The translations under genes and the position numbers were made by a program. DNA of 64,000 bases, from positions 4,092,001 through 4,156,000 of the forward strand of contig NC_043025.1 in assembly GCF_006345805.1 (NCBI RefSeq), written 5' to 3'. How positions within the stretch are numbered: the first letter of the stretch is position 1; every line of letters starts with the position of its first letter. Below, one piece after another: positions 38,801-50,395 of the stretch. The DNA is from Octopus sinensis. Lineage: Eukaryota. The notes under the pieces are model-generated. The model was not told where the DNA came from. It saw only the letters and a list, made by a program, of their open reading frames with translations, and ran no database searches.

Positions 38801-41800
38801 ATGAATACACGAGAGGCGAGATGGGTAATGGATAAATTAGTTAAAATAATTAGATAGATATAGAAATTAGTTAAAAATAGTTAGATAGATAAGAAAGCAT
38901 GTGTGATTGATGGGGAAGTGAAAATAAATAAATAAATAAGCATTCAACTTATCTGCTAGATGAATGAATGGATGAAAGAGCAGAAGTTTGGGGCTGCGTT
39001 TTTTAAGTAAAGATTGTCCGGAGGAAGAAGGCGCGAATACACGATGGTTGATGAATACACGAGAGGCGAGATGGGTAATGGATAAATTAGTTAAAATAAT
39101 TAGATAGATATAGAAATTAGTTAAAAATAGTTAGATAGATAAGAAAGCATGTGTGATTGATGGGGAAGTGAAAATAAATAAATAAATAAGCATTCAACTT
39201 ATCTGCTAGATGAATGAATGGATGAAAGAGCAGAAGTTTGGGGCTGCGTTTTTTAAGTAAAGATTGTCCGGAGGAAGAAGGCGCGAATACACGATGGTTG
39301 ATGAATACACGAGAGGCGAGATGGGTAATGGATAAATTAGTTAAAATAATTAGATAGATATAGAAATTAGTTAAAAATAGTTAGATAGATAAGAAAGCAT
39401 GTGTGATTGATGGGGAAGTGAAAATAAATAAATAAATAAGCATTCAACTTATCTGCTAGATGAATGAATGGATGAAAGAGCAGAAGTTTGGGGCTGCGTT
39501 TTTTAAGTAAAGATTGTCCGGAGGAAGAAGGCGCGAATACACGATGGTTGATGAATACACGAGAGGCGAGATGGGTAATGGATAAATTAGTTAAAATAAT
39601 TAGATAGATATAGAAATTAGTTAAAAATAGTTAGATAGATAAGAAAGCATGTGTGATTGATGGGGAAGTGAAAATAAATAAATAAATAAGCATTCAACTT
39701 ATCTGCTAGATGAATGAATGGATGAAAGAGCAGAAGTTTGGGGCTGCGTTTTTTAAGTAAAGATTGTCCGGAGGAAGAAGGCGCGAATACACGATGGTTG
39801 ATGAATACACGAGAGGCGAGATGGGTAATGGATAAATTAGTTAAAATAATTAGATAGATATAGAAATTAGTTAAAAATAGTTAGATAGATAAGAAAGCAT
39901 GTGTGATTGATGGGGAAGTGAAAATAAATAAATAAATAAGCATTCAACTTATCTGCTAGATGAATGAATGGATGAAAGAGCAGAAGTTTGGGGCTGCGTT
40001 TTTTAAGTAAAGATTGTCCGGAGGAAGAAGGCGCGAATACACGATGGTTGATGAATACACGAGAGGCGAGATGGGTAATGGATAAATTAGTTAAAATAAT
40101 TAGATAGATATAGAAATTAGTTAAAAATAGTTAGATAGATAAGAAAGCATGTGTGATTGATGGGGAAGTGAAAATAAATAAATAAATAAGCATTCAACTT
40201 ATCTGCTAGATGAATGAATGGATGAAAGAGCAGAAGTTTGGGGCTGCGTTTTTTAAGTAAAGATTGTCCGGAGGAAGAAGGCGCGAATACACGATGGTTG
40301 ATGAATACACGAGAGGCGAGATGGGTAATGGATAAATTAGTTAAAATAATTAGATAGATATAGAAATTAGTTAAAAATAGTTAGATAGATAAGAAAGCAT
40401 GTGTGATTGATGGGGAAGTGAAAATAAATAAATAAATAAGCATTCAACTTATCTGCTAGATGAATGAATGGATGAAAGAGCAGAAGTTTGGGGCTGCGTT
40501 TTTTAAGTAAAGATTGTCCGGAGGAAGAAGGCGCGAATACACGATGGTTGATGAATACACGAGAGGCGAGATGGGTAATGGATAAATTAGTTAAAATAAT
40601 TAGATAGATATAGAAATTAGTTAAAAATAGTTAGATAGATAAGAAAGCATGTGTGATTGATGGGGAAGTGAAAATAAATAAATAAATAAGCATTCAACTT
40701 ATCTGCTAGATGAATGAATGGATGAAAGAGCAGAAGTTTGGGGCTGCGTTTTTTAAGTAAAGATTGTCCGGAGGAAGAAGGCGCGAATACACGATGGTTG
40801 ATGAATACACGAGAGGCGAGATGGGTAATGGATAAATTAGTTAAAATAATTAGATAGATATAGAAATTAGTTAAAAATAGTTAGATAGATAAGAAAGCAT
40901 GTGTGATTGATGGGGAAGTGAAAATAAATAAATAAATAAGCATTCAACTTATCTGCTAGATGAATGAATGGATGAAAGAGCAGAAGTTTGGGGCTGCGTT
41001 TTTTAAGTAAAGATTGTCCGGAGGAAGAAGGCGCGAATACACGATGGTTGATGAATACACGAGAGGCGAGATGGGTAATGGATAAATTAGTTAAAATAAT
41101 TAGATAGATATAGAAATTAGTTAAAAATAGTTAGATAGATAAGAAAGCATGTGTGATTGATGGGGAAGTGAAAATAAATAAATAAATAAGCATTCAACTT
41201 ATCTGCTAGATGAATGAATGGATGAAAGAGCAGAAGTTTGGGGCTGCGTTTTTTAAGTAAAGATTGTCCGGAGGAAGAAGGCGCGAATACACGATGGTTG
41301 ATGAATACACGAGAGGCGAGATGGGTAATGGATAAATTAGTTAAAATAATTAGATAGATATAGAAATTAGTTAAAAATAGTTAGATAGATAAGAAGCATG
41401 TGTGATTGATGGGAAGTGAAAATAAATAAATAAATAAGCATTCAACTTATCTGCTAGATGAATGAATGGATGAAAGAGCAGAAGTTTGGGGCTGCGTTTT
41501 TTAAGTAAAGATTGTCCGGAGGAAGAAGGCGCGAATACACGATGGTTGATGAATACACGAGAGGCGAGATGGGTAATGGATAAATTAGTTAAAATAATTA
41601 GATAGATATAGAAATTAGTTAAAAATAGTTAGATAGATAAGAAAGCATGTGTGATTGATGGGAAGTGAAATAAATAAATAAATAGCATTCAACTTATCTG
41701 CTAGATGAATGAATGGATGAAAGAGCAGAAGTTTGGGGCTGCGTTTTTTAAGTAAAGATTGTCCGGAGGAAGAAGGCGCGAATACACGATGGTTGATGAA

Positions 41801-43971
41801 TACACGAGAGGCGAGATGGGTAATGGATAAATTAGTTAAAATAATTAGATAGATATAGAAATTAGTTAAAAATAGTTAGATAGATAAGAAAGCATGTGTG
41901 ATTGATGGGGAAGTGAAAATAAATAAATAAATAAGCATTCAACTTATCTGCTAGATGAATGAATGGATGAAAGAGCAGAAGTTTGGGGCTGCGTTTTTTA
42001 AGTAAAGATTGTCCGGAGGAAGAAGGCGCGAATACACGATGGTTGATGAATACACGAGAGGCGAGATGGGTAATGGATAAATTAGTTAAAATAATTAGAT
42101 AGATATAGAAATTAGTTAAAAATAGTTAGATAGATAAGAAAGCATGTGTGATTGATGGGGAAGTGAAAATAAATAAATAAATAAGCATTCAACTTATCTG
42201 CTAGATGAATGAATGATGAAAGAGCAGAAGTTTGGGGCTGCGTTTTTTAAGTAAAGATTGTCCGGAGGAAGAAGGCGCGAATACACGATGGTTGATGAAT
42301 ACACGAGAGGCGAGATGGGTAATGGATATTAGTTAAAATAATTAGATAGATATAGAAATTAGTTAAAAATAGTTAGATAGATAAGAAAGCATGTGTGATT
42401 GATGGGGAAGTGAAAATAATAAATAAATAAGCATTCAACTTATCTGCTAGATGAATGAATGGATGAAAGAGCAGAAGTTTGGGGCTGCGTTTTTTAAGTA
42501 AAGATTGTCCGGAGGAAGAAGGCGCGAATACACGATGGTTGATGAATACACGAGAGGCGAGATGGGTAATGATAAATTAGTTAAAATAATTAGATAGATA
42601 TAGAAATTAGTTAAAATAGTTAGATAGATAAGAAAGCATGTGTGATTGATGGGGAAGTGAAATAATAAATAAATAAGCATTCAACTTATCTGCTAGATGA
42701 ATGAATGGATGAAAGAGCAGAAGTTTGGGGCTGCGTTTTTTAAGTAAAGATTGTCCGGAGGAAGAAGGCGCGAATACACGATGGTTGATGAATACACGAG
42801 AGGCGAGATGGGTAATGGATAAATTAGTTAAAATAATTAGATAGATATAGAAATTAGTTAAAAATAGTTAGATAGATAAGAAAGCATGTGTGATTGATGG
42901 GGAAGTGAAAATAAATAAATAAATAAGCATTCAACTTATCTGCTAGATGAATGAATGGATGAAAGAGCAGAAGTTTGGGCTGCGTGTTTTTAAGTAAAGA
43001 TTCCGGAGGAAGAAGGCGCGAATACACGATGGTTGATGAATACACGAGAGGCGAGATGGGTAATGGATAAATTAGTTAAAATAATTAGATAGATATAGAA
43101 ATTAGTTAAAAATAGTTAGATAGATAAGAAAGCATGTGTGATTGATGGGGAAGTGAAATAATAATAAATAAAGCATTCACTTATCTGCTAGATGAATGAA
43201 TGAGAAGAGCAGAAGTTTGGGGCTCTGCGTTTTTTAGTAAAGATTGTCCGGAGGAAGAAGGCGCGAATACACGATGGTTGATGAATACACGAGAGGCGAG
43301 ATGGGTAATGGATAAATTAGTTAAAATAATTAGATAGATATAGAAATTAGTTAAAAATAGTTAGATAGATAAGAAAGCATGTGTGATTGATGGGGAAGTG
43401 AAATAATAAATAATAAGCATTCAACTTATCTGCTAGATGAATGAATGGATGAAAGAGCAGAAGTTTGGGGGGCTGGCGTTTTTAAGTAAAGATTGTCCGG
43501 AGGAAGAAGGCAGCGAATACACGATGGTTGATGAATACACGAGAGGCGAGATGGGTAATGATAAATTAGTTAAAATAATTAGATAGATATAGAAATTAGT
43601 TAAAAATAGTTAGATAGATAAGAAAGCATGTGTGATTGATGGGGAAGTGAAAATAATATAATAAGCATTCAACTTATCTGCTAGATGAATGATGGATGAA
43701 AGAGCAGAAGTTTGGGGCTGCGTTTTTTAAGTAAAGATTGTCCGGGAAGAAGGGGCGCGAATACACGATGGTTGATGAATACACGAGAGGCGAGATGGGT
43801 AATGGATAAATTAGTTAAAATAATTAGATAGATATAGAATTAGTTAAAATAGTTAGATAGATAAGAAAGCATGTGTGATTGATGGGAAGTGAAAATACAT
43901 AAATAATAAGCATTCAACTTATCTGCTAGAGAATGAATGAAGGGATGACGAGCAGAAGTTTGGGGCTGCGT
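17853..43971. repeat. Satellite array, 250-bp monomer, ~104 copies, ends at the assembly gap
   Basis: Exact 250-bp period (acgatggttg at 18361, 18611, 18861...). Central copies are essentially identical. Confidence 0.99.
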
Positions 43972-44071
43972 NNNNNNNNNNNNNNNNNNNNNNNNNNNNN
44001 NNNNNNNNNNNNNNNNNNNNNNNNNNNNNNNNNNNNNNNNNNNNNNNNNNNNNNNNNNNNNNNNNNNNNNN
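43972..44071. other. Assembly gap of 100 N (scaffold join, true size unknown)
   Basis: Exactly 100 Ns, typical of placeholder scaffold gaps. Confidence 0.98.
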
Positions 44072-44159
44072 TATGCTTGAATAGTACTCTCTATGTGCCA
44101 CCGGCACAAGAACCATTCAGGCAGCACTGGCATCGACTATGGCTCGTATGGTGCTTTTT

Positions 44160-45325
44160 AGACTTGCCTTGTTCATTTTCAGGAGTTTTCCCTTGAAGAA
44201 TGTGGCTTCGGTATATTTGTCAAGGCCAAATTCTTCTGCTGTTGTTCCAGTTGTGAAAAGCCTTAGATCATTTATGTAAAGGAGGTGATTGATTTGTCTA
44301 TCACTGCTTCTCAACTGGTGTCCATATGGCCCTTAAGCAGGGTCCATACAAGATTTTGTTGCTAAGATTTATGTCCAATAAATCTTCTACAATACACAAA
44401 ATCATCATCATCATCATCGTTTAGCGTCTGCTTTCCATGCTAGCATGGGTTGGACGGTTCAACTGGGGTCTGGGAAGCCAGGAGGCTGCACCAGGCTCCA
44501 GTCTGATCTGGCAGAGTTTCTACAGCTGAATGCCCTTCCTAACGCCAACAACTCCGTGAGTGTAGTGGGTGCTTTTTACGTGCCAGGGGAGTCTGGCAGC
44601 GACCATGATCGGATTGGTGCTTTTAATGTGCCACCGGCACGGAAGCTAGTCAAGGCGGCGCTGGCATCGGCCACGTTTGGATGGTGCTTTTTACATGCCA
44701 CTGGCACAACAATTTTTTTTTAATATCATTCCAAATGACATTTATAAAAATATAACAAGATTTTTTAAACATCGAATCGTTCGGAGGATCCCTCTGAGTA
44801 ATATAAGAATCAAAGGGGTCCAAAGTTAAAAAAGGGTTGGGAGGCACTGGTCTATTGCCCATGTTTTGTGTCATTCAGCAGTTTGTGTGGGATGACGTCA
44901 GCAGCTGGGGAGCTGACCGGAAGGGGTAGCCGTGACGCGCGTGCAGCGAGCAGGGCATTCTGCCTTTTCGAGTCAGGTCGTCGAGGGGTTAAGACTGGCG
45001 ATCACGTTGTTAAGGTTGTGTGAAGCAGCTGCTATCTCTAGCATTCGGGTCGGGCTGTGTTGAAGGGTCCATTACCACTGAAGGGTCTCCATCCGAGCGA
45101 AGAGAAGGTAGGTGCCTTTATTTCAAATCTTTCGCATACACCACAGTTTGCTTAGGGGAGCGAGAGCAATGCAGAAGAGTAGGGGGTTTTAGAGAATCCC
45201 CTTGACAGATGCCACTGGTAAAAGTGATGTTGCCAGCATCCATAGTACCTGTCTCTGAATTCAGTATAAATGTTGTTTTCCGGTCCTTCATACTATTTGA
45301 GAGAAAATTCCAATAACCAGAGAGC
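44160..45325 (-). mobile_element. Fragments of an R4/Dong-like non-LTR reverse transcriptase
   Basis: SGICQGDSL at ~45150-45325 and INHLLYINDLRLF...FGLDKY...FKGKL at ~44160-44330, separated by later insertions. The clade assignment is from recalled motifs. Confidence 0.6.
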
Positions 45326-45370
45326 CTTATCATCATCATCATCATTATATTCTTTTAATTATTTAAACAG

Positions 45371-45436
45371 AAAATCCTTGAGGAAATCAAAAACGCTGAT
45401 GCAGGTGCTCCTTGTTCTCCACAGATGCTAAAAAAG
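45371..45436 (+). CDS. NF1: Neurofibromin exon (KILEEIKNADAGAPCSPQMLKK)
   Basis: 66 nt, aaacag acceptor and GTAAGT donor, phase 0/0. Aligns to human EIIQDISKDVVDENNMNKK. Confidence 0.8.
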
Positions 45437-46373
45437 GTAAGTTCTCCACCTTCATAATCGTTATCATATCGTTTCCATTGTAATTAATAATGCTCTTACT
45501 CTTTTACTCGCTTCAGTCATTTGACTGCGGCCATGCTGGAGCACCACCTACTCTTTTGTTTTTGGTTTTAAATCTTCCAATTATGTCCAATATTTTGTAT
45601 CTTAATTAAAGATATATTTTCATGTCTCTATCTTCACTCACACACACCTTTGATTGAGAATGTTTGCCAGCATCTGTAATGATGATGGTGGTGAGCAGCC
45701 AGTTTCAGTAGTCTCTAATGCAATACTTTTTTACACACACACACACACGCATATACAGCTGCTGGCTCTCCAGACCTCAGTCAAACTGTCCAACCCATGC
45801 CAGCATGGAAAACGGATGTTAATTGGTGATGATGATGATAATGAAGATATATATAGAGTAATTAATTGCGCATTGCCTTCGTTTAAAGTGAAGCAAAGTT
45901 ATGCACTGTCAATGACTCCTTTGTTTGTGACCATCGTCAGTCCAGTGGCAAGCCCTGGTCAAGACAGCTGGAGATGGAGACGGATGCGGTGGATGACCAA
46001 GAAGTCTTACTTGCCTCATCTTGCTCTCTGCATCCCACAATGCATTGCTGCTGCTGTATTTCCCCTTCATTGAACTGTGAAGATTTCTTCTGCTGACTCC
46101 ACTGGACCCGGCCTTCAAATGCATTGGTAGGCAGTCCCTAATATTCTCATTAATCCAGAGCAGGGAACCCTGACAAGTGCCCCTTCCCCAGGTCAGAGTA
46201 AACCTGGGAACAATAGGGGTTAAGAGGTGGACCCACACCTTAAAACCTTGGAACTTCTATACCAGGACCCCATTACTGGATGCAGCTGAAAATCATACCC
46301 AGGACATTTAGAAATACTGTGGGTACTCTGTTGGTGACAACGAGTGTTCCAGTTGATCCGATCAGTGGACAGC

Positions 46374-46760
46374 CTCTTTTACTTGTTTCAGTCATTTGAC
46401 TGTGGCCATGCTGGAACACCACCTTTAGTCGAGCAAATCGACCCCGGGACTTATTCTTTGTAAGCCCAGTACTTATTCTATCGGTCTCTTTTGTCAAACC
46501 GCTAAGTAACGGGGACATAAACACACTAGCATCGGTTGTCAAGCAATGCTAGGGGGACAGACACACAAACATACACACACACATACATATATATACATAT
46601 ATACGACGGGCTTCTTTCAGTTTCCGTCTACCAAATCCACTCACAAGGCTTTGGTCGGCCCGAGGCTATAGCAGAAGACATTTGCCCAAGGTGCCATGCA
46701 GTGGGACTGAACCCGGAACCATGTGGTTGGTAAACAAGCTACTTACCACACAGCCACTCC
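46374..46760 (-). mobile_element. Intact family A tRNA-derived SINE
   Basis: tRNA-like head, central TA/CA microsatellite and AAGAGTAA-type tail. Degenerate heads also occur at ~2790-2922, 3004-3120, 48710-48790 and 63290-63410. Confidence 0.85.
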
Positions 46761-47036
46761 TGCTCGTGAAATTAACATGTAATTGGCTGAGTACCCCACA
46801 GATACCCTTAATGTACTTTTCAGGAAAATTCAGCATGACACAGAACAGGACAAGGCTGAGCGTTTCAATTTACAGGTACAACAATTACAGGTACAGCTGA
46901 TTGGACTGGAGCAACCAGGACACAACACACTGCTGGGAATCAGCCACATGACCTTCTGACCATGAGCTGAATACGCTAATCGCCAAGCCCCCCCCCCCAT
47001 CTAATGATGATAATGATAATACTTTGTCTCTTTCAG

Positions 47037-47222
47037 AAACATTTTATTGATGAAGCCCGCAAAGCGTTATCGAATCCGCATGGAGGAAGTTCGAAGGCAT
47101 CTCAAACTGAAGGGGCCGCCGTGACATTTGTCCGCATGTGCAAAGCATCTACATATATCAACATTAACGATCGTCCTAATGTTTTGTTCACGCTAGTCCA
47201 ATCTGTGACCCACGACCTCAAG
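47037..47222 (+). CDS. NF1: Neurofibromin exon (KHFIDEARKAL...CKASTYININD...VTHDLK)
   Basis: 186 nt, tttcag/GT boundaries, phase 0/0. Contains the CKASTYIN motif of NF1. Confidence 0.96.
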
Positions 47223-47375
47223 GTTTGTTCATCTCTCTTTACGCAATTCTCAAGCTTTGACCTTTTCAGTTGACGAAACAGACATCCAGCTTTTGCTAAT
47301 TGTTTAATTACATTTTAATGGGCAGAAGTTGAGTTCAAATAAGATTAGGTTGCAATAGAGTTTCGTTTTAGAAAT

Positions 47376-47810
47376 CATCATCATCATCGTTTAGCGTCCG
47401 CTTTCCATGCTAGCATGGGTTGGATGGTTCAACTGGGGTCTGGGAAGCCAGAAGGCTGCACCAGGCCCAGTTTGATCTGGCAATGTTTCTACGGCTGGAT
47501 GCCCTTCCTAATGCCAACCACTCTGAGTGTAGTGGGTGCTTTTTACGTGCCACTGGCACAGGAGCCAGATGAGGCTGGCAAACGACCACGATCGGATGGT
47601 GCTTTTTATGTGCCACCGGCATGGGGGCCAGGCAAGGCTGGCAACGGCCACGAACGGATGGTGCTTTTTACGTGCCACCGACACAGGTGCCAGACGAGGC
47701 TGGCGAACGGCCACGATCGGATGGTGCTTTTTATGTGCCACCGGCACGGGGGCCAGGCGAGGCTGGCAACAGCCACGAACGGATGGTGCTCTTTACATGC
47801 CACCAGCACA
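47376..47810 (-). mobile_element. Family B short interspersed element with a 5' ~55-60-bp minisatellite and a (GAT)n tail
   Basis: Core ggagtggttggcgttaggaagggcatccagctgtagaaac...aacggacgttaaacgatgatg. Other copies at ~4970-5180(+), 9667-10345(+), 17351-17601(-), 44401-44710(-), 49620-50010(+), 51845-52265(+), 53316-53562(+), 55108-55470(+), 57645-57900(-). Confidence 0.85.
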
Positions 47811-47859
47811 TCAATTAAAAGCTCCACCTAATCAGAATATTAGTTTGTCCTTCGTTGTT

Positions 47860-48235
47860 GGTGATGAATGACAACATCACATGGGAGAAAAAGACAGGGA
47901 ATGGTGTGTCCAGTTGTGGCCAACGCATCTGATGCCTGCTCAAAAGACTCTGTCACATCTTGGCACTGGTGGTCTGCTGGGACTGAAGGCAAAGAGTTGG
48001 CTCTGTTTGAACTTGCATCGTTCACGTTTCCTTTGTGTCCCTGCAGTCCTGTTCTATCCGTAGGAAGTGGCAGCTTTACCAGGCAGGGTGGTCTTGTTCT
48101 TGCATTTCCCACATTTTGGGGTTGACCTCAAAGCCCTTCAGTGAGGCTTTCAGAGTATCCTTGAAGCACTTTTCCTGTCTACCTTGCATGTGCTGGTCTT
48201 CTGCCAATTCTCTATGAAACAGTCTCTTGGGGATA
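47860..48235 (-). mobile_element. RTE/BovB-like LINE 3' fragment
   Basis: PKRLFHREL...QEKCFKDTLKASLK.F...W...QDHPAW. Confidence 0.75.
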
Positions 48236-49019
48236 GATAGGCTAACACTTACACTTAAAAGACATACACACACGCACTTCTGTCTGTGTATGATCATCAT
48301 TCATGTGAATGCATGAATGATGATGATGATGATATTATGAACGACCCAAATAATAACACTCACACATGTACACCAAGAACTTCATACTCGTAAAACACAA
48401 GAACACAGAAATCTATGTTGCAGGTTTCTTGGAGGTCTGTTGCAATTTCTGGTGTTAGTTTTGTTCATGTTGATCCAATCTGTGACCCAGAAGCTCAAAA
48501 TGGGTTTACTTCTTTCTAAATGCCTTCTCAACAATATTTGACCCTTTTCAATTGGCAAATCAGACATATTTGTTTACCCAGTAAATGTTTTTTCTCCCTG
48601 TTTTAACCCTTTGCTTATCAAGCCTATTTTACACCACCTTTTTTTGCCTCAGCTTTCTTATTTTCTTAGAAATTATGCATAAGAAATTTTTTTTAACCAT
48701 ATATAGGCTCAGGAACGGCTGTGTGGTAAGAAGTTTTCTTCCCAACCACATGGTTCTGGGTTCAGTCCCACTGTGTGGCACTCCTTCCTATATTGTCTTT
48801 GCACTTTGTGTTTTCAAACTTCTTGTAGAACCTCAGGATAAATTTCTTTTGTTGAATCCACAGTGCAACAGGCTGCTTTCATTATTTCTGATGTGTTCAT
48901 TCTAAAAGAGTTTAAATTGAGTTATCAACTGTTAAAGTGTGTATACTTATTTTGTGGGGACACACACACACACACATTCACACACATTTACATTGTGCTT
49001 TCTGTTCTATTCTCTGCAG

Positions 49020-49229
49020 ACCCTTCTGTTCAGCCCACCTTCCAGTACCAAGTTCAGCCGTAGCCAGGGTACAATCGGTCAAGATATTGACCTGTACATC
49101 GACTGTTTTGTTTCGTTCTTCCGCATCAACCCATACATCGGAGATCTACCCAAGGTCTGTCTCAACCCTCAATCTCCACTCATCTACCACCTGGTATTAG
49201 TCAGTGCATTGTACAAGATCATCACACAG
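49020..49229 (+). CDS. NF1: Neurofibromin exon (TLLFSPP...IDCFVSFFRINP...LYKIITQ)
   Basis: 210 nt, ctgcag/GTAAGT, phase 0/0. Matches NLLFNPSKPFSRG...IDCLVSCFRISP...HRIITN. Confidence 0.96.
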
Positions 49230-50269
49230 GTAAGTCAATCACTTAGTCACATGATTGAAACCATGTTTGTTTGGGTTTTTATCTCTTTCTTTTTGTTTTT
49301 CTGTTTTTTTTCCCTTGGTCGGTGGTTGTGGGGTGGGGTGAGGTGGGGTTTGGTTATGCATTATTTTATTGGTGTAAGCATGGGTGCTGTGATTAAGAAG
49401 CTTACCTCCTGACCGTGTTGTCTTGAATTCAGCCCCACTGCATGGCACCTTGGGCAAGTATCTCCTACCTGCCTTCGGCTAACCAAAACCTTGTGAATAG
49501 ATTTTATTATTATTATTATTATTATTATGGTCAGGTACTCAGCCAAGCTGCAGCAGGCACACCTCCTGGTTCAAACCTCACTGCTTGCAGGTCCCGGATG
49601 CATTCCAGGCCAGTGTCTGCAATTAAGTTGTCCGCAGTTGTAATCCCTGTGCCGGTGGCACGTAAAATGCACCATCTGAATGTGGCTGATGCCAGCGCTG
49701 CATAGACTGGCTTCCGTGCCGGTGGCATGTAAAAAGCACCATCCGAATCGTGGCCGATGCCAGCGCCGCCTTGACTGGTGGCACATAAAATGCACCAATC
49801 CGATCGTGGCCGTTGCCAGCCTCGCCTGGCATGTAAAAAGCACCCACTGCACTCATGGAGTGGTTGGCGTTAGGAAGGGCATCCAGCTGTAGAAACACTG
49901 CCAGATCAGACTGGAGCCTGGTGCAGCCTTCTGGCTTCCCAGACCCCCAGTCGAACTGTCCAACCCATGCTAGCATGGAGAACGGACGTTAATGATGATG
50001 ATGATGATGTAAGTCTGATAACGTTTTCCTTCTCATGAACTGGGTTCCACAAAACTAATTTCGATGCTTCCAGTTCAGGGTGGTACATGCAGTGACCAGA
50101 TAGCCACAGCCATCCTTGCCCGGTCGTCTTGCTCACTGACCTGACCTGTGCGGGGTGAAGTGGAAGCACAGGAACCAAGCTTGTAACGGACACTTCAATA
50201 ACATACAAGTACCTGTTCTCTGTTTGTTGTTTTTTCCCATCTGAGTTGTTTTGTTGTGTATATTTGCAG

Positions 50270-50395
50270 CCGCGGTTAGCATGGTGGCCTGAGATTCGAA
50301 AGATGTACAGTAAAGCTGGGGAACTGCGTAGCATGTTCAACGATGCTGTGAACAAAGTGATGCAAGCAACAGCAAGCCAAGGACCAAAGACACAG
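50270..50395 (+). CDS. NF1: Neurofibromin exon (PRLAWWPEIRKMYSKAGELRSMF...QGPKTQ)
   Basis: 126 nt, ttgcag/GTACC, phase 0/0. Contains the WWP...ELR.MF motif. Confidence 0.93.

Noticed and set aside
17853-43971. Satellite monomer as a hammerhead-containing retrozyme array
   Set aside because: Neither strand has CUGANGA. The nearest motifs (ttgatga, ctagatga...gaaa) lack compatible stems and a UH triplet.
17853-43971. CRISPR array or coding tandem repeat
   Set aside because: There are no unique spacers, every 250-bp monomer is interrupted by stops, and track ORFs arise only where indels shift frames.
41390-43971. Rising indel divergence at the right end of the satellite as biological array decay
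   Set aside because: The differences are scattered single-base homopolymer indels that increase towards the contig end, which is the pattern of low-coverage long-read error.
44073-44160. Family B fragment right of the gap as the continuation of the SINE truncated at 17601, which would validate the scaffold orientation
   Set aside because: The right fragment is much more diverged, continues degenerate homology upstream of the supposed junction, and repeats a unit already present on the left. The family is abundant, so a chance neighbour is likely.
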